Assembly: GCA_021811185.1 (NCBI GenBank)
Contig: JAJZPL010000002.1
Location: 90,483 to 154,482, forward strand
DNA from: a bacterium
Lineage (GTDB): Bacteria > Elusimicrobiota > Elusimicrobia > Elusimicrobiales > UBA9959
Direction: 5' to 3'
Length of the DNA stretch: 64,000 nucleotides
Under the pieces are notes generated by a model. It searched no databases and was not told the DNA's origin. It saw only the letters and a program-made list of their open reading frames with translations. Position 1 is the stretch's first letter; each line of letters begins with the position of its first letter. Below, in pieces: positions 10,801 through 19,880 of the stretch. Made by a program: the position numbers and the translations under genes.

Positions 10801-11057
10801 GAAGAGAAATTGATGCCGTAGGCCGCCCCGGCCTTTTCCGCGGTAAGCGTTTCCAGCGTCCCGCCGGCGGCCGCGGGGTTGAGCCCCTGGTGCAGGGAGA
10901 AGACGTAGTAGGTCGCCGGGGCCGGCAGCGTAACGGTGTCTTCCGCTTCCAGCCGCCCGGTGCCCGGGAAAATATCGATTTTCAAATTATGATCCACCGG
11001 CCCGGCCTGGGCCGTCCCCGCCGCCAGCATAAAGAATGAAAAGATTGTTTTTAACAT
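7827..11057 (-). CDS. Secreted M1 aminopeptidase-M28 peptidase-PDZ fusion
   Basis: Signal peptide; HEILHNWWG...WSEGL (M1); SAHYDH, GADDNASG, GEEAG (M28); C-terminal PDZ (GLVPDF...GDVIIAVNG). Confidence 0.88.
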   Translation of the reverse strand: MLKTIFSFFMLAAGTAQAGPVDHNLKIDIFPGTGRLEAEDTVTLPAPATYYVFSLHQGLNPAAAGGTLETLTAEKAGAAYGINFSSDSAPMETYRLASPKAFRSFRLKYAGVIAHPLGEQAEEYSRSFSETPGIISADGCYLAGSSGWYPFTAGALVTFRLRTALPAPYDTVAGGDRVSRKTGDGTNRTVWDTRVPQDEITLTCGKYSEYSVKDGPRTYYVFLRSPDEALASKYLEADTKYIKMYSDLIGPYPYGKFALVENFWDTGYGLPSFTLLGPQVLRLPFILNSSYPHEILHNWWGNGVFVDYEKGNWSEGLTAYLADYLIAEYRGKGREYRMTTLQKYADYVSAGKDFPLTAFRSRHSSASEAVGYGKALMMFHMLRNLVGDDNFRKALRDFYATNKFKYASYADLRASFEKFTGAGRLKDFFAQWTERAGAPELELKDVKLGPGLEGYDLQFTLVQKQDGPAYALQVPASIYIKGLGQPRVKMLAMDSREETYTYTSPVRPERLEIDPDFDVFRKLDPGETPPTLSRLLGAKTPGLVLPPGGAAAPWRALAGAWTKDKENLPAVLSDTGTAPSGGAYWVLGSENRLAPGLEKDLEVYGARFSTDTVTIGNRRFPREGNTFVFAGLSAGLVISGSPDKLPLLAVKLPHYGKYSWLVFDRGMNSLAAGLWEISASPLARDLPGGGDVTPNPHPRTALAEPPSAFSKDRIKDTVEFLAALPGGRSPGSRGHEKAAAYIVSEFKKAGLKPFNGKDFTAEQNKPGLANVLGILPGVSKKEETVVLSAHYDHLPAANGAVYPGADDNASGVALLLELARYYGKHPAPRSIIFAAFDGEEAGLAGSRAFMTGLPAGAAEKMDAALNFDTVGRLGSGKVLVLGANSSDKWVHIFRGAGFVTGADYDLVKEDLDSSDQVSFIEKGVPAVQFFSGPKADYHKPTDTAEKIDAAGIVKQAEFAREIIDYLAGDSDFLTRPSGAAGAVKAAGPARKVSTGLVPDFTFEGKGVRAQDVTPGSPLAATAFRAGDVIIAVNGEPVDGLKAYSEALKKLSPGQKVGITFLSGGVESSAELQLSAR

Positions 11058-11147
11058 ATGTCCCCGCCGTTTTGAAAAAATATTACAATATAGTACAACT
11101 TTTAAAACGGGCAGTCAGAGGACGCCCGCGCAGGCACTGGAGAACAT

Positions 11148-12377
11148 ATGAAACAAGGGACGAAGACCGCGCTGCTGCTGGTGATAGACGCCATGGGCCT
11201 TTCTACGCTGGAATACCTGCTCTCCAAATATCCCGGCAAGGTGAACCTGCCGAACCTCTCCCGGCTGGGCCTGGGCGGCATCGTCGCGCCGGAGTTTAAA
11301 AAGCGCTTCCCGGTAAAAGCCTCCGGCAAGGCTTACGCCGCGGGCGTCTCGCAGGTGTCCGCCACCGCCGACAGCCTGGTGGGCCACCGCGAGATGATGG
11401 GCGTGATCGACCACCGCACCTACGACCTGTTCAACGACGGGTTCAGCAAGGAGTACCTGGCCGAGCTGGAGCGCCGCATCGGCCGCAAGACCTTCTTCAA
11501 CAAGATGGCGGGCGGCCTGGAGGCCATAGAGCTGAACGCCGCGGAGCACGAACGCACGGGCTCGCCCATCGTCTACGCCAGCAAGTGCGACCCTCTGATC
11601 CAGCTGGCCATGAACGAGGATATCATCCCTGTGCCCGAGCAGCACAAGATCGCCGACATCGCCTTCTCGCTCGGCCGCGAGATGGGCATCCCGATAACCC
11701 GCGCCATCGCGCGCTCCTATATAAGGAACAAGCAGGGCGAGATCATCCGCACCTCCAACCGGCACGACGCCGTGCTGCCTATCGGCCAGGATACCCTGGT
11801 GGACATTCTTCACAGGAACGCGGTCTGGACCGTGGCCGTGGGCAAGACCAGCGACCTGGTGAACACGTCGTATCACGCCAAGGTAAAGCTCAACAAGGAG
11901 ATCTTCATCGATCCTTCGCTGAAGCTGCGCTTCGTGCACGCCAAGAAAAAGGACACCAACCCTTTCTCCATCCAGGGCACTATCAACGCGCTGCAGGCGG
12001 CGCACGCCGTGTACCGCCCCAAGGGCACGTTCATCTTCACGAACCTCGTCGACACCGACAGCGTATACGGCCACACCCGCGATATCGAGGGCGGGCTGAA
12101 GTCGCTGGAGGAGATAGACCGGACGCTGCCGCTGATCGAAAAGAACCTGGCCAAGGGCGACCTGCTGGGCATCACGGCTGACCACGGCATGCTGCACCGC
12201 GAGGACTACGGCTACCATAACAACGAGCCGCTGCCTTTCATCGCTTACCGCAAAGGCTGCGACAGGAAGCTCGGCGGGCTTAAGACCGGGCAGATGAAAG
12301 GGCTGGCCGACATCGGGAACGTGTTCGCGCAGTTCTTCGGCTTGCAGGGGGAATACAAGAAGATCGTTAAGCTGTAA
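11148..12377 (+). CDS. deoB: Phosphopentomutase
   Basis: GHREMMG, TNLVDTDSVYGH, ITADHG motifs. Confidence 0.8.
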   Translation: MKQGTKTALLLVIDAMGLSTLEYLLSKYPGKVNLPNLSRLGLGGIVAPEFKKRFPVKASGKAYAAGVSQVSATADSLVGHREMMGVIDHRTYDLFNDGFSKEYLAELERRIGRKTFFNKMAGGLEAIELNAAEHERTGSPIVYASKCDPLIQLAMNEDIIPVPEQHKIADIAFSLGREMGIPITRAIARSYIRNKQGEIIRTSNRHDAVLPIGQDTLVDILHRNAVWTVAVGKTSDLVNTSYHAKVKLNKEIFIDPSLKLRFVHAKKKDTNPFSIQGTINALQAAHAVYRPKGTFIFTNLVDTDSVYGHTRDIEGGLKSLEEIDRTLPLIEKNLAKGDLLGITADHGMLHREDYGYHNNEPLPFIAYRKGCDRKLGGLKTGQMKGLADIGNVFAQFFGLQGEYKKIVKL

Positions 12378-12396
12378 CTGGCTGGACTGGAAATAA

Positions 12397-12445
12397 AAAA
12401 AGGGGACAGGCTACTTTATCAAATAAAGTAGCCTGTCCCCTTTTT
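12397..12445. repeat. Long palindrome, copy 2 (REP-like element / bidirectional terminator)
   Basis: AAAAAGGGGACAGGCTACTTTAT-CAA-ATAAAGTAGCCTGTCCCCTTTTT between convergent genes. Confidence 0.9.
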
Positions 12446-12448
12446 GGC

Positions 12449-13690
12449 TTATTTGGCGGCGGCCACGGCCTGCGGGAAAACAGGCGCTACGAAAGAGGGG
12501 TCCACGAAAGCCCGGTAGGACTGGGGCGTGAGGGCGTCCCAGGTATACCTGTTGCCGGCGTTCCAGAGCACCCAGCTCTCAAGGTAGTTAAGGTGCGCCG
12601 CCGTGAGCTGCGCGCGGACCTGCGCCGGGCCGTATTTCGGGACGCCGAGGTTGAAGTCCTGCAGGTAAGGGCGCAGCTTGGCGTAATTGGGGCCAAGTTT
12701 CACCATGGCGTCCTTCAGGCCCCGGTTGATCACCTTGTAGGGCTCGGCGTTGGGGCTCTTCAGGCCGTATTCGCCCGGGTAGTAGTGGGAAGGGTACATC
12801 ATGGGGTAGACGTAGTCGGCGCCTGACGCCAGCGTGGCTATATCCTGGCCGATGCCCATGTCGTCCTTAACCGTGGTGGTCAGGCCGAACACGTCGGCCG
12901 AGATCTTAACGTTGTAGGGCGCCAGGCGCTTGCGCGCGTAGTCCAGGAAATCCTTCAAATTGCTCGTGGCCGTCTGGCGGTTATGCGGCTTGGAGTAGCG
13001 GCAGAGCGCCGTGTTGCCCTCGGACGGGTAGCGCAGGTAGTCGAACTGGATCGAGTCGACGCCCAGCTTGGCGGCCAGTTCCGCGATGTCCAGGTTATAG
13101 TCCCACACTTCATGATTGTATGGGTCCACCCAGGTGGCGCCGTTGCGGCTGCGCCAGAGGTCGCCGGAGGGAGTGCGCACGGCGAGGTCCTTGCGGACCT
13201 TCGGCAGCACCTTGTCCTTGAACATGACGATGCGCGCGATGGTATAGATATGCGCGTCCTTGAAATCCTTGACCATGCCGGCCGGGTCGGTGATGGCCGA
13301 CTCATGGGAACCCCATTTTACGGCTTTCTCCACGCCGGGGATATAAACTTTCCCGTCGGTCTCTTTGAGGGCGATGACTACCGCGTTGAGGACGGTGCCG
13401 GACATCTTCCGGATGATCTCGCGCCTGCTCCTGGCCGAGCCTGCGCCCCAGCAGGTGAGGTGGATGCCGCGGATCTGGTGCTGGGCCAGCACCAGTTCGT
13501 GCAGGGTAGTCGTGGAAATAGCGGCCTTAACGGTTTCGGTCGCCGCCTTTACGGTATCCGTGGCCGCCTGCGTAACCGCCGGTTTGGCCGACGTGCCGGC
13601 ATGGTGCCTGGGGGCCGTTTTCGCGTGGTGGGTGCCGGCGGAAGCGGGGAGGGCGGAAGCGAGAAGTAAAAAAAGCGCTGTATGAAGCAT
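12449..13690 (-). CDS. Putative secreted glycoside hydrolase (DUF4015-like)
   Basis: Signal peptide; IARIVMFKD, WVDPY, IQFDYLRYP, PMMYPSHY. Confidence 0.8.
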   Translation of the reverse strand: MLHTALFLLLASALPASAGTHHAKTAPRHHAGTSAKPAVTQAATDTVKAATETVKAAISTTTLHELVLAQHQIRGIHLTCWGAGSARSRREIIRKMSGTVLNAVVIALKETDGKVYIPGVEKAVKWGSHESAITDPAGMVKDFKDAHIYTIARIVMFKDKVLPKVRKDLAVRTPSGDLWRSRNGATWVDPYNHEVWDYNLDIAELAAKLGVDSIQFDYLRYPSEGNTALCRYSKPHNRQTATSNLKDFLDYARKRLAPYNVKISADVFGLTTTVKDDMGIGQDIATLASGADYVYPMMYPSHYYPGEYGLKSPNAEPYKVINRGLKDAMVKLGPNYAKLRPYLQDFNLGVPKYGPAQVRAQLTAAHLNYLESWVLWNAGNRYTWDALTPQSYRAFVDPSFVAPVFPQAVAAAK

Positions 13691-13760
13691 ATGGATATAT
13701 TTTACAATTTAGGCGCAGTGCTACGGAGAATTTTATTCGCGGTCCGCTGTCGGGGGTTTT

Positions 13761-16250
13761 ATGAAGCTTTTGAAAATATTATCGCTGGGGGCCATGATCA
13801 TGCCGCAGAGCCTTTTCGCCTCGGATACTCTGGTTATACATTACAGCCGCTTGGGCGGCGATTACTTCGGCTGGAACCTGTGGACCTGGAACGAGTCCGA
13901 CAGGAAGCCGGGCTTTGACCTGGCCCAGTCCGGTTCGGACGCCTACGGGGCCGTTTACCGCCTGGATCTTTCCTCTTCGGGCTTCGCCGGGGCCAAGGCC
14001 GGGTTCCTGCCGCGCAAGGGGAACTGGGCCGAGAAGGACTCGCCCGACCGCTTTATTAATTCCGTAAAAGGCGGCGATGTTTTTATTCAGGAGGGGGACG
14101 GCGCGGTCTACGCGGCGCCGCCCGTGATCTCCACCGCCGTCACCGGGGCCTGGCTGGACGGCGACGGCGTGGTGCGCGCGGCTTTTAACCGCCCTGTGGA
14201 CCGGGCCTTCGTCGACAGGCAGGGGTTCTACCTTACGCGCGGCGAGTCGGCTTTCCAGCCGGTGCGCGGCGATACCGCCGGCGGGGCGGCTTATTCCCGC
14301 GCGGCCCTGCTTACCTTCGACAGCCTCGGCAACCCGGATTACCGGGCGCTCAACGCCGGCAAGTACCTGCTGCATTCCCGCGATTTCAAGCCTTTCCCGC
14401 TGGAACTCGGCAAAGCCGTTTACGGCGAGGATTTTAACCCGCGCCTGCCCCTGGGCCTGCTCGAGGAAAGCGGCGCTTCGGTCGTCCGTATCTTCGCGCC
14501 CAAGGCTGTCAGTGCCGAAGTCCTGCTGTACGACCGGCCCGGCGCCAAGCCCGAGGTATACCCGATGACCTACCGCGACCGCGGCGTCTGGGAGAAGAAT
14601 TTCGGGCGCGCGCTCACCGGCGGCTACTACCGCCTGCGCACCGTGCAGGGCGGCAAGACCTACGAGGGGCTGGACCCCTACGCGCGCTGCGTTACCGGCG
14701 ACGCCGGGCTGGCCCAGATCGCCAGGGACACTACGACCGTTGCCCCCGGGCCTTCTTTCGACCTGTCCGAGACCGTGCTCTACGAGGTGCACCTGCGCGA
14801 CCTCACCTCCGACCCCTTTTCCGGCGTGAAGCACCCGCGCGGCTACCTGGGCGCGGCCGAGACCGGCACCCGCCACCCGAAGTTCCCGGAGATCATGACC
14901 GGGCTGGACCATATCGCCGAGCTCGGCGTGAACGCGGTGCATATCCTGCCGTTCCAGGACTTCGAGAACGGCGACAGCACCAGCGCCTACAACTGGGGCT
15001 ATATGCCGGTGAACTTCAATTCGCCGGAAGGCGCTTACGCCTCCAGCCCCGCGGACCTTTCCCGGGTGCGCGAGGCAAAACTGATGATCGACGCTTTCCA
15101 CAAGAAGGGCCTGAAGGTGATCATGGACGTGGTCTACAACCACACGGCCGAGACCAAAACGCGGATCTACAACTTCAACGCCCTGGCCAAAGACTACTAC
15201 TACCGCGCCAATCCCGACGGGACCTATTCCAACGGCTCCGGCTGCGGCAACGAGTTCATGACCGAGGCGCCGGCGGCCCGCCGCTTCCTGCTGGACAGCC
15301 TGCTCTACTGGGTGCGCGAGTACAAAGTGGACGGGTTTCGCTTCGACCTGATGGGCCTGATAGACACCGACACCGCGGCCGAAGTGGCGCGGGTGCTGCG
15401 GCAGGAGAAGCCGGACATCATCGTCTACGGCGAGCCCTGGACCGCCGGGGCCAGCCCCGTGCACGGCGTGAAAAAAGGCAGCCAGCGCTCCAAGGGTTAC
15501 TCGGTCTTCAACGACAACTTTCGCGACGCTATCAAGGGCAGCGTGTTCTCGCTGGCCGACCTGGGCTACGTGGAGGCCGCCCGCAACCGCGACGCCGTGA
15601 TGCGCGGCATCCGCGGCTCGGTGGACGACTTCACCGACGGCCCGCTGGAGACGCTGAACTACGTCTCCTGCCACGACAACCACACGCTGTGGGACCGCAT
15701 CGACCTCTCGGTGAAGGACGAGCCGCTGGCCAACAAGGTGGCCATGGACAAGCTGGCCAACGCGCTGGTGCTGACCTCGCAGGGCGTGCCGTTCCTGCAC
15801 GCCGGCGAGGAGTTCCTGCGCACCAAGAAGGGCGAGGAGAATTCCTACAACCTGCCTGACGAGATCAACCGCCTGGACTGGACCCGCAAAAAAGAGAACA
15901 TGCCGGTCTTCGAATACTACCGCGACCTGATAGCGATGCGCAAAGCCCACCCTGTCTTCCGCATGTCCACGGCGGCCGAGGTCAGGGAGAATCTCAAGTT
16001 CTACGAAGAACTGGGGCTGAAGGTGGAGCCGCCGGCCATCGCCTACATGCTGTACGGCAGCCGCGAAAAGGACAACTGGAACCGCGTGCTGGTGCTGGTG
16101 AACCCGCTGAAGACCGCGCTTAAGTTCGCCCTGCCCCAGGGCTCCTGGCTTACCGCCTTCGACGAGAAAGGGCTGGTGAAAGAGCCGGGCGCGCCGCATA
16201 CGGGTTCTTACGAGGCGCCGCCGCTGTCCCTTACGGTGCTGAGACTTTAG
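13761..16250 (+). CDS. pulA: Type I pullulanase (GH13)
   Basis: YNWGYMP, MDVVYNHT, DGFRFDLMG, YGEPW, SCHDNHTL; N-terminal CBM41-like domain. Confidence 0.92.
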   Translation: MKLLKILSLGAMIMPQSLFASDTLVIHYSRLGGDYFGWNLWTWNESDRKPGFDLAQSGSDAYGAVYRLDLSSSGFAGAKAGFLPRKGNWAEKDSPDRFINSVKGGDVFIQEGDGAVYAAPPVISTAVTGAWLDGDGVVRAAFNRPVDRAFVDRQGFYLTRGESAFQPVRGDTAGGAAYSRAALLTFDSLGNPDYRALNAGKYLLHSRDFKPFPLELGKAVYGEDFNPRLPLGLLEESGASVVRIFAPKAVSAEVLLYDRPGAKPEVYPMTYRDRGVWEKNFGRALTGGYYRLRTVQGGKTYEGLDPYARCVTGDAGLAQIARDTTTVAPGPSFDLSETVLYEVHLRDLTSDPFSGVKHPRGYLGAAETGTRHPKFPEIMTGLDHIAELGVNAVHILPFQDFENGDSTSAYNWGYMPVNFNSPEGAYASSPADLSRVREAKLMIDAFHKKGLKVIMDVVYNHTAETKTRIYNFNALAKDYYYRANPDGTYSNGSGCGNEFMTEAPAARRFLLDSLLYWVREYKVDGFRFDLMGLIDTDTAAEVARVLRQEKPDIIVYGEPWTAGASPVHGVKKGSQRSKGYSVFNDNFRDAIKGSVFSLADLGYVEAARNRDAVMRGIRGSVDDFTDGPLETLNYVSCHDNHTLWDRIDLSVKDEPLANKVAMDKLANALVLTSQGVPFLHAGEEFLRTKKGEENSYNLPDEINRLDWTRKKENMPVFEYYRDLIAMRKAHPVFRMSTAAEVRENLKFYEELGLKVEPPAIAYMLYGSREKDNWNRVLVLVNPLKTALKFALPQGSWLTAFDEKGLVKEPGAPHTGSYEAPPLSLTVLRL

Positions 16251-16339
16251 ACCCAGGACGCGCCGGGCCTAAAGCCTCTAGTGCCCGGCCCGGGTTTCAG
16301 GTAGAATATTTTAGCAGTCCATATACGCAGGAGGGTTCG

Positions 16340-16993
16340 ATGAAAAAAATTCTATTGGCTCTGGTCATGGTCTCTTCGGCTTCGGCCGCTTACTCCTCGG
16401 ATTTCAACCTTGAAACTATAAAAGCCGCCGACCTCGGCGTAAAGACCGAGGCCGCGGAAGTTCCCGCGCCCGCCGCCCCCGCCAGGGACGCCGCGCAGGA
16501 CCAGCTGGCCAGGTACCAGCAGGTAGTCAACGAACTTAACGCGGTCCGCAACGACCTTACCTGGGTAAGGAGCGACCTGGATAACATGGAGATCCGCGTC
16601 AGAAGGGCTATCCAGCTTAACGGCCCCGACCTCTTCATTCAGTCCGATATCCGCCGCATGAGCATGGATATGTCCCGCCGTTTCGACAATATGCAGCGCG
16701 CGGCCATGGACGTGAGAGGCCTGCTCGCTTCCGCCGTAAAATCCGCCGAACTTAATAAAGCGGCGCGCGACATGGACTGGGCGGCCAGTGACATTCTCCG
16801 CGACGTCTGGCCTACGCTCGAGAATTCGGCGCAGCGCCTGGAATCCGCTATCCGCTCCGGCAGGCCCGAGATCGTGGGTTACGACTCACAGTGGGCCGCC
16901 ATGGACATCTCGCGCTTCAGCCGCCAGTTGAGCGACCAGGCCCGCAACGCTTCTTTCGACACGCGGACCCTGGTTTCCCAGACCCAGCCTTAA
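16340..16993 (+). CDS. Secreted helical hypothetical protein
   Basis: Signal peptide MKKILLALVMVSSASAAYS, strong SD, host-like codon usage. Confidence 0.75.
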   Translation: MKKILLALVMVSSASAAYSSDFNLETIKAADLGVKTEAAEVPAPAAPARDAAQDQLARYQQVVNELNAVRNDLTWVRSDLDNMEIRVRRAIQLNGPDLFIQSDIRRMSMDMSRRFDNMQRAAMDVRGLLASAVKSAELNKAARDMDWAASDILRDVWPTLENSAQRLESAIRSGRPEIVGYDSQWAAMDISRFSRQLSDQARNASFDTRTLVSQTQP

Positions 16994-17022
16994 AACGACC
17001 GGTGCGGCTTAGCGCCGCCCAT

Positions 17023-17051
17023 AAAGCGGGACCATAGGGTCCCGCTTTTTT
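17023..17051 (+). terminator. Intrinsic terminator
   Basis: AAAGCGGGACC-ATAG-GGTCCCGCTTTTTT. Confidence 0.8.
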
Positions 17052-17118
17052 GTTTGCTAGAATTAATGAACTAATCAGGCCGCCCCGGCTACTAAAGAAC
17101 GGAGGGCGCCGCGACTAT

Positions 17119-17685
17119 ATGGAAAACAGCAGCGACGAAGAACTTATCCGGGCGGCGGGGCGGGGGGAGGGCCCCGCCCTGGGGGAACTCGTCCGGCGCT
17201 ACCAGGACCGGGTCCTGAGTTTTATGGCCTGGAACTTTTCGCTGCCGGCCGAAGAAGCGCTTGATATGACGCAGGAGGTGTTCCTGGCGGTCTGGAAGAG
17301 CGCGGGCTCGTACCGGGGAGAGTCCCTGTTCCGCACCTGGCTTTTTTCGGTGGCGAGGAACGTGGGATTGAGTTATTTCCGCCATTACCTGGCCAAGAAG
17401 ACGGAGAGCGCCGGGCTGCTGTTCGGCGACGAGGAATTCGAGAACATCCCGGACGCCGCGCCCGGCCTGCTGGAGGGGCTGGAGACCGGGGAGCGCGCTG
17501 CTTTCGTCCGCGCTTCGGTGGAGAAGCTGCCGGGCAAGCTGAAGGCGGCGCTGCTGCTGCGTGAGTGGGAAGGCCTGCCTTACGAGGACATCGCCGTGGT
17601 GCTGGGCGTGCCGGTGGGGACCGTGCGCTCCAGGCTGCATAACGCCCATGCCAGGCTTTTCAAACTGCTGAGGGAGAGGATATGA
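17119..17685 (+). CDS. ECF sigma-70 factor
   Basis: DMTQEVFL, FRTWLFSVARN, YEDIAVVLGVPVGTVRSRL; start moved to the ATG after GGAGG. Confidence 0.92.
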   Translation: MENSSDEELIRAAGRGEGPALGELVRRYQDRVLSFMAWNFSLPAEEALDMTQEVFLAVWKSAGSYRGESLFRTWLFSVARNVGLSYFRHYLAKKTESAGLLFGDEEFENIPDAAPGLLEGLETGERAAFVRASVEKLPGKLKAALLLREWEGLPYEDIAVVLGVPVGTVRSRLHNAHARLFKLLRERI

Positions 17686-18200
17686 ACTGCGATGCTGAAA
17701 TGAGAACGCGCGTAGCCGCGCTGGCCGCCGGGGAGCTGACCCCGGCGGAGGCGCTGGAAACGGAACGGCATATAGCCGGCTGCCCTGCCTGCGCCGCGCT
17801 CAGGCTGGCCGCGCTCGAGGAGCGGGCCGCCCTTAAGGAAGCCGGCGCCCCGCTGCTGAAGGCGGGCCCCGCTTTTGCCGCCAGGGTCCTGGCCGCGGCC
17901 GCCGCGGGCGAAAGCCGCGGACAGCGCGCCGCGGCGGCGGCTCTGGCTTTCGCGGCCGGTTTCGCCGTGCTCATGCTTTTCATGCCGCACGGGCGCGGCT
18001 CAGTCAGCCCGGCCCGCTCTTCGCTGAACCCGCTTTACGCGCCCAATCTGGCCGGCGGCGGGGCTCCGGCCGCCAGCGTGCTTGGCGACCTTAAGGGCAG
18101 CACCGCCGACCTGTTCTATATGCTGAGCTGCAGGAAGGAACTGCCGGCGGCGGCTGGATCTGTTATAAACTTGAAAAATGGCGGTCAGGAGGGATTATGA
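17682..18200 (+). CDS. zf-HC2 (ZAS) anti-sigma factor
   Basis: HIAGCPAC (HxxxCxxC), one TM segment, ATGA overlap with the sigma gene. Confidence 0.8.
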   Translation: MNCDAEMRTRVAALAAGELTPAEALETERHIAGCPACAALRLAALEERAALKEAGAPLLKAGPAFAARVLAAAAAGESRGQRAAAAALAFAAGFAVLMLFMPHGRGSVSPARSSLNPLYAPNLAGGGAPAASVLGDLKGSTADLFYMLSCRKELPAAAGSVINLKNGGQEGL

Positions 18201-18643
18201 AAGTGAAAACTATGGCGGCGCTGGCGGCGATACTGGTTCTGGCCGGAATATTTTTCGGCCCTTACCGCAGGCACATGGAGGACCGCAGGCCGGCGCTGGC
18301 GCCGGGCTACCGCGGCCTCGTGATGCAGTTCCCGAAGGAGCAGCTGCAGTGGGTGAAGAAAGGGGACGCCCTGGACGTGATCTGCGTGTTCGACGCCATC
18401 ATGGGTCCCAAGAACGGGGGGGCGACCACGAAAGAAAAAGTGGCGGCGACGCTCCTTCAGAACGTGAAGGTGGCCGGCGTTAACTCCCATAAGGGGACCA
18501 TCGTGCTGCTGGTGAACCCGAACGAGGCCCAGTACGCCGCGCTCTCGCTGTCGCAGGGTAACGTAAGCCTGTCGCTCAGGACGGCGGGGGATTCGGAGCT
18601 GAAGCCCATGGAGATAGCCAGCTTCAAGCGCCTGATCCGCTAG
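18197..18643 (+). CDS. CpaB/RcpC-like protein
   Basis: VKKGDALDVI...TLLQNVKV...LLVNPNEAQ...LSLSLR pattern of the RcpC domain. Confidence 0.65.
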   Translation: MKVKTMAALAAILVLAGIFFGPYRRHMEDRRPALAPGYRGLVMQFPKEQLQWVKKGDALDVICVFDAIMGPKNGGATTKEKVAATLLQNVKVAGVNSHKGTIVLLVNPNEAQYAALSLSQGNVSLSLRTAGDSELKPMEIASFKRLIR

Positions 18644-18651
18644 GGAAACGT

Positions 18652-18687
18652 TCCCGCGCCGGGCCTGTAGACCGGCGCGGGAGTTTT
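18652..18687 (+). terminator. Intrinsic terminator
   Basis: TCCCGCGCCGG...CCGGCGCGGGA-GTTTT. Confidence 0.65.
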
Positions 18688-18807
18688 AGCGAGGAGTTCG
18701 CGGAACCTGCCTTCTTGATTTTTTCCGGAAATGTAACATTTTGGACATTAAAAAGGCCGGGCGTTAATGTATACTATATTATCGCGGCCGGGCCCGCGCT
18801 CTTTGCT

Positions 18808-19854
18808 ATGAAGAAATCGGCCAGGACCATGCTTTTGCGTGCTATAGCTGCGGCTGCCCTTTTGGCCGCCTGGCCGGCTCCGCGCGCCCTCGCCGGAGGG
18901 GCCGGTACCACTACCGCCAATTTCCTTAAGATCCCCGTAGCCGCAGTGCCTTCCGGGCTGGCCGAAGCCTATACCGCCATGGTCGGGCCCGACTCTATGC
19001 TCTATAACCCGGCGGGCTTGGGCTTGCTCAGCTATTCTTCGCTTTCGGGCTCCCATAACCAGTATATCGACGGTATAACCCAGGAGTACCTGGCCGCCAC
19101 CTGGCGGTCGCCGTGGGGCACCCTGGGGGCCGCCTTCACCACGCTTAACAGCGGCAGCATCGACGCGTACGATGCCAACGACATGCGCATCGGCGATACC
19201 TCGAGCGGGCATACCATGATGTCGCTTTCCTTCGGCCAGTCCTGGCCGCATTTCAACCAGGATATCGGCAAGCTGGACCCCATGCTGATCACGCCCGGCT
19301 GGACCAAGGTGCCGCTGGTCCGCGACTACCGCCCCAGGTCCTACAGGTTCTCGGCCGGCGCCACCGTTAAAAAAATAAGCGAAAAGCTCGGCAGCGATTC
19401 CGCTTCCTCCTACGCTTACGACGCGGGGGTCCTGCTGGTGTTGCCCCATCATTTCCATCTCGGGGCTTCCGCCCTGAACATGGGCGGCAGCGAGAAATTC
19501 GCGGGGGAAACCTACAAGCTGCCCTCCGCCGCGCGCTTCGGCTTCGCCAAGGACTTTCGCACGATAAACGACGTGATGGTGTTCACGCTCTCTTCCGACC
19601 TGGTGAAGTATTCCGACAGTGGGTATATCAGCGCCACCGGCCTAGAGACAGACGTGATGCGGCTGTTCCAGCTGCGCATCGGCTACCAGACGCGCAAGGA
19701 TTCCGGCTCGCGCATCAGCGGCGGTTTCGGCATGACCTTCGACAGCCTGGCGGACAAGAACAGTTTCCTCCGCGGGGCGCGCGTGGATTATTCCTACCTG
19801 GACTATGGTTCGCTGGGGGGCACCCACCGGCTGGGGGTCCAGTTCATCTGGTAG
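18808..19854 (+). CDS. PorV/PorQ (UPF0164)-family outer-membrane beta-barrel protein
   Basis: FLKIP...AYTA...YNPAGL N-terminus; DYSY...LGGTHR...W C-terminus; start uncertain. Confidence 0.75.
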   Translation: MKKSARTMLLRAIAAAALLAAWPAPRALAGGAGTTTANFLKIPVAAVPSGLAEAYTAMVGPDSMLYNPAGLGLLSYSSLSGSHNQYIDGITQEYLAATWRSPWGTLGAAFTTLNSGSIDAYDANDMRIGDTSSGHTMMSLSFGQSWPHFNQDIGKLDPMLITPGWTKVPLVRDYRPRSYRFSAGATVKKISEKLGSDSASSYAYDAGVLLVLPHHFHLGASALNMGGSEKFAGETYKLPSAARFGFAKDFRTINDVMVFTLSSDLVKYSDSGYISATGLETDVMRLFQLRIGYQTRKDSGSRISGGFGMTFDSLADKNSFLRGARVDYSYLDYGSLGGTHRLGVQFIW

Positions 19855-19880
19855 CGCGGCCTTTTTTGTATAATTCAATA

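Noticed and set aside
8583-11039. 818-aa plus-strand ORF
   Set aside because: Antisense shadow of the M1/M28 peptidase; a GC-rich codon-bias artefact with no motifs
13779-16199. 806-aa minus-strand ORF
   Set aside because: Antisense shadow of pulA
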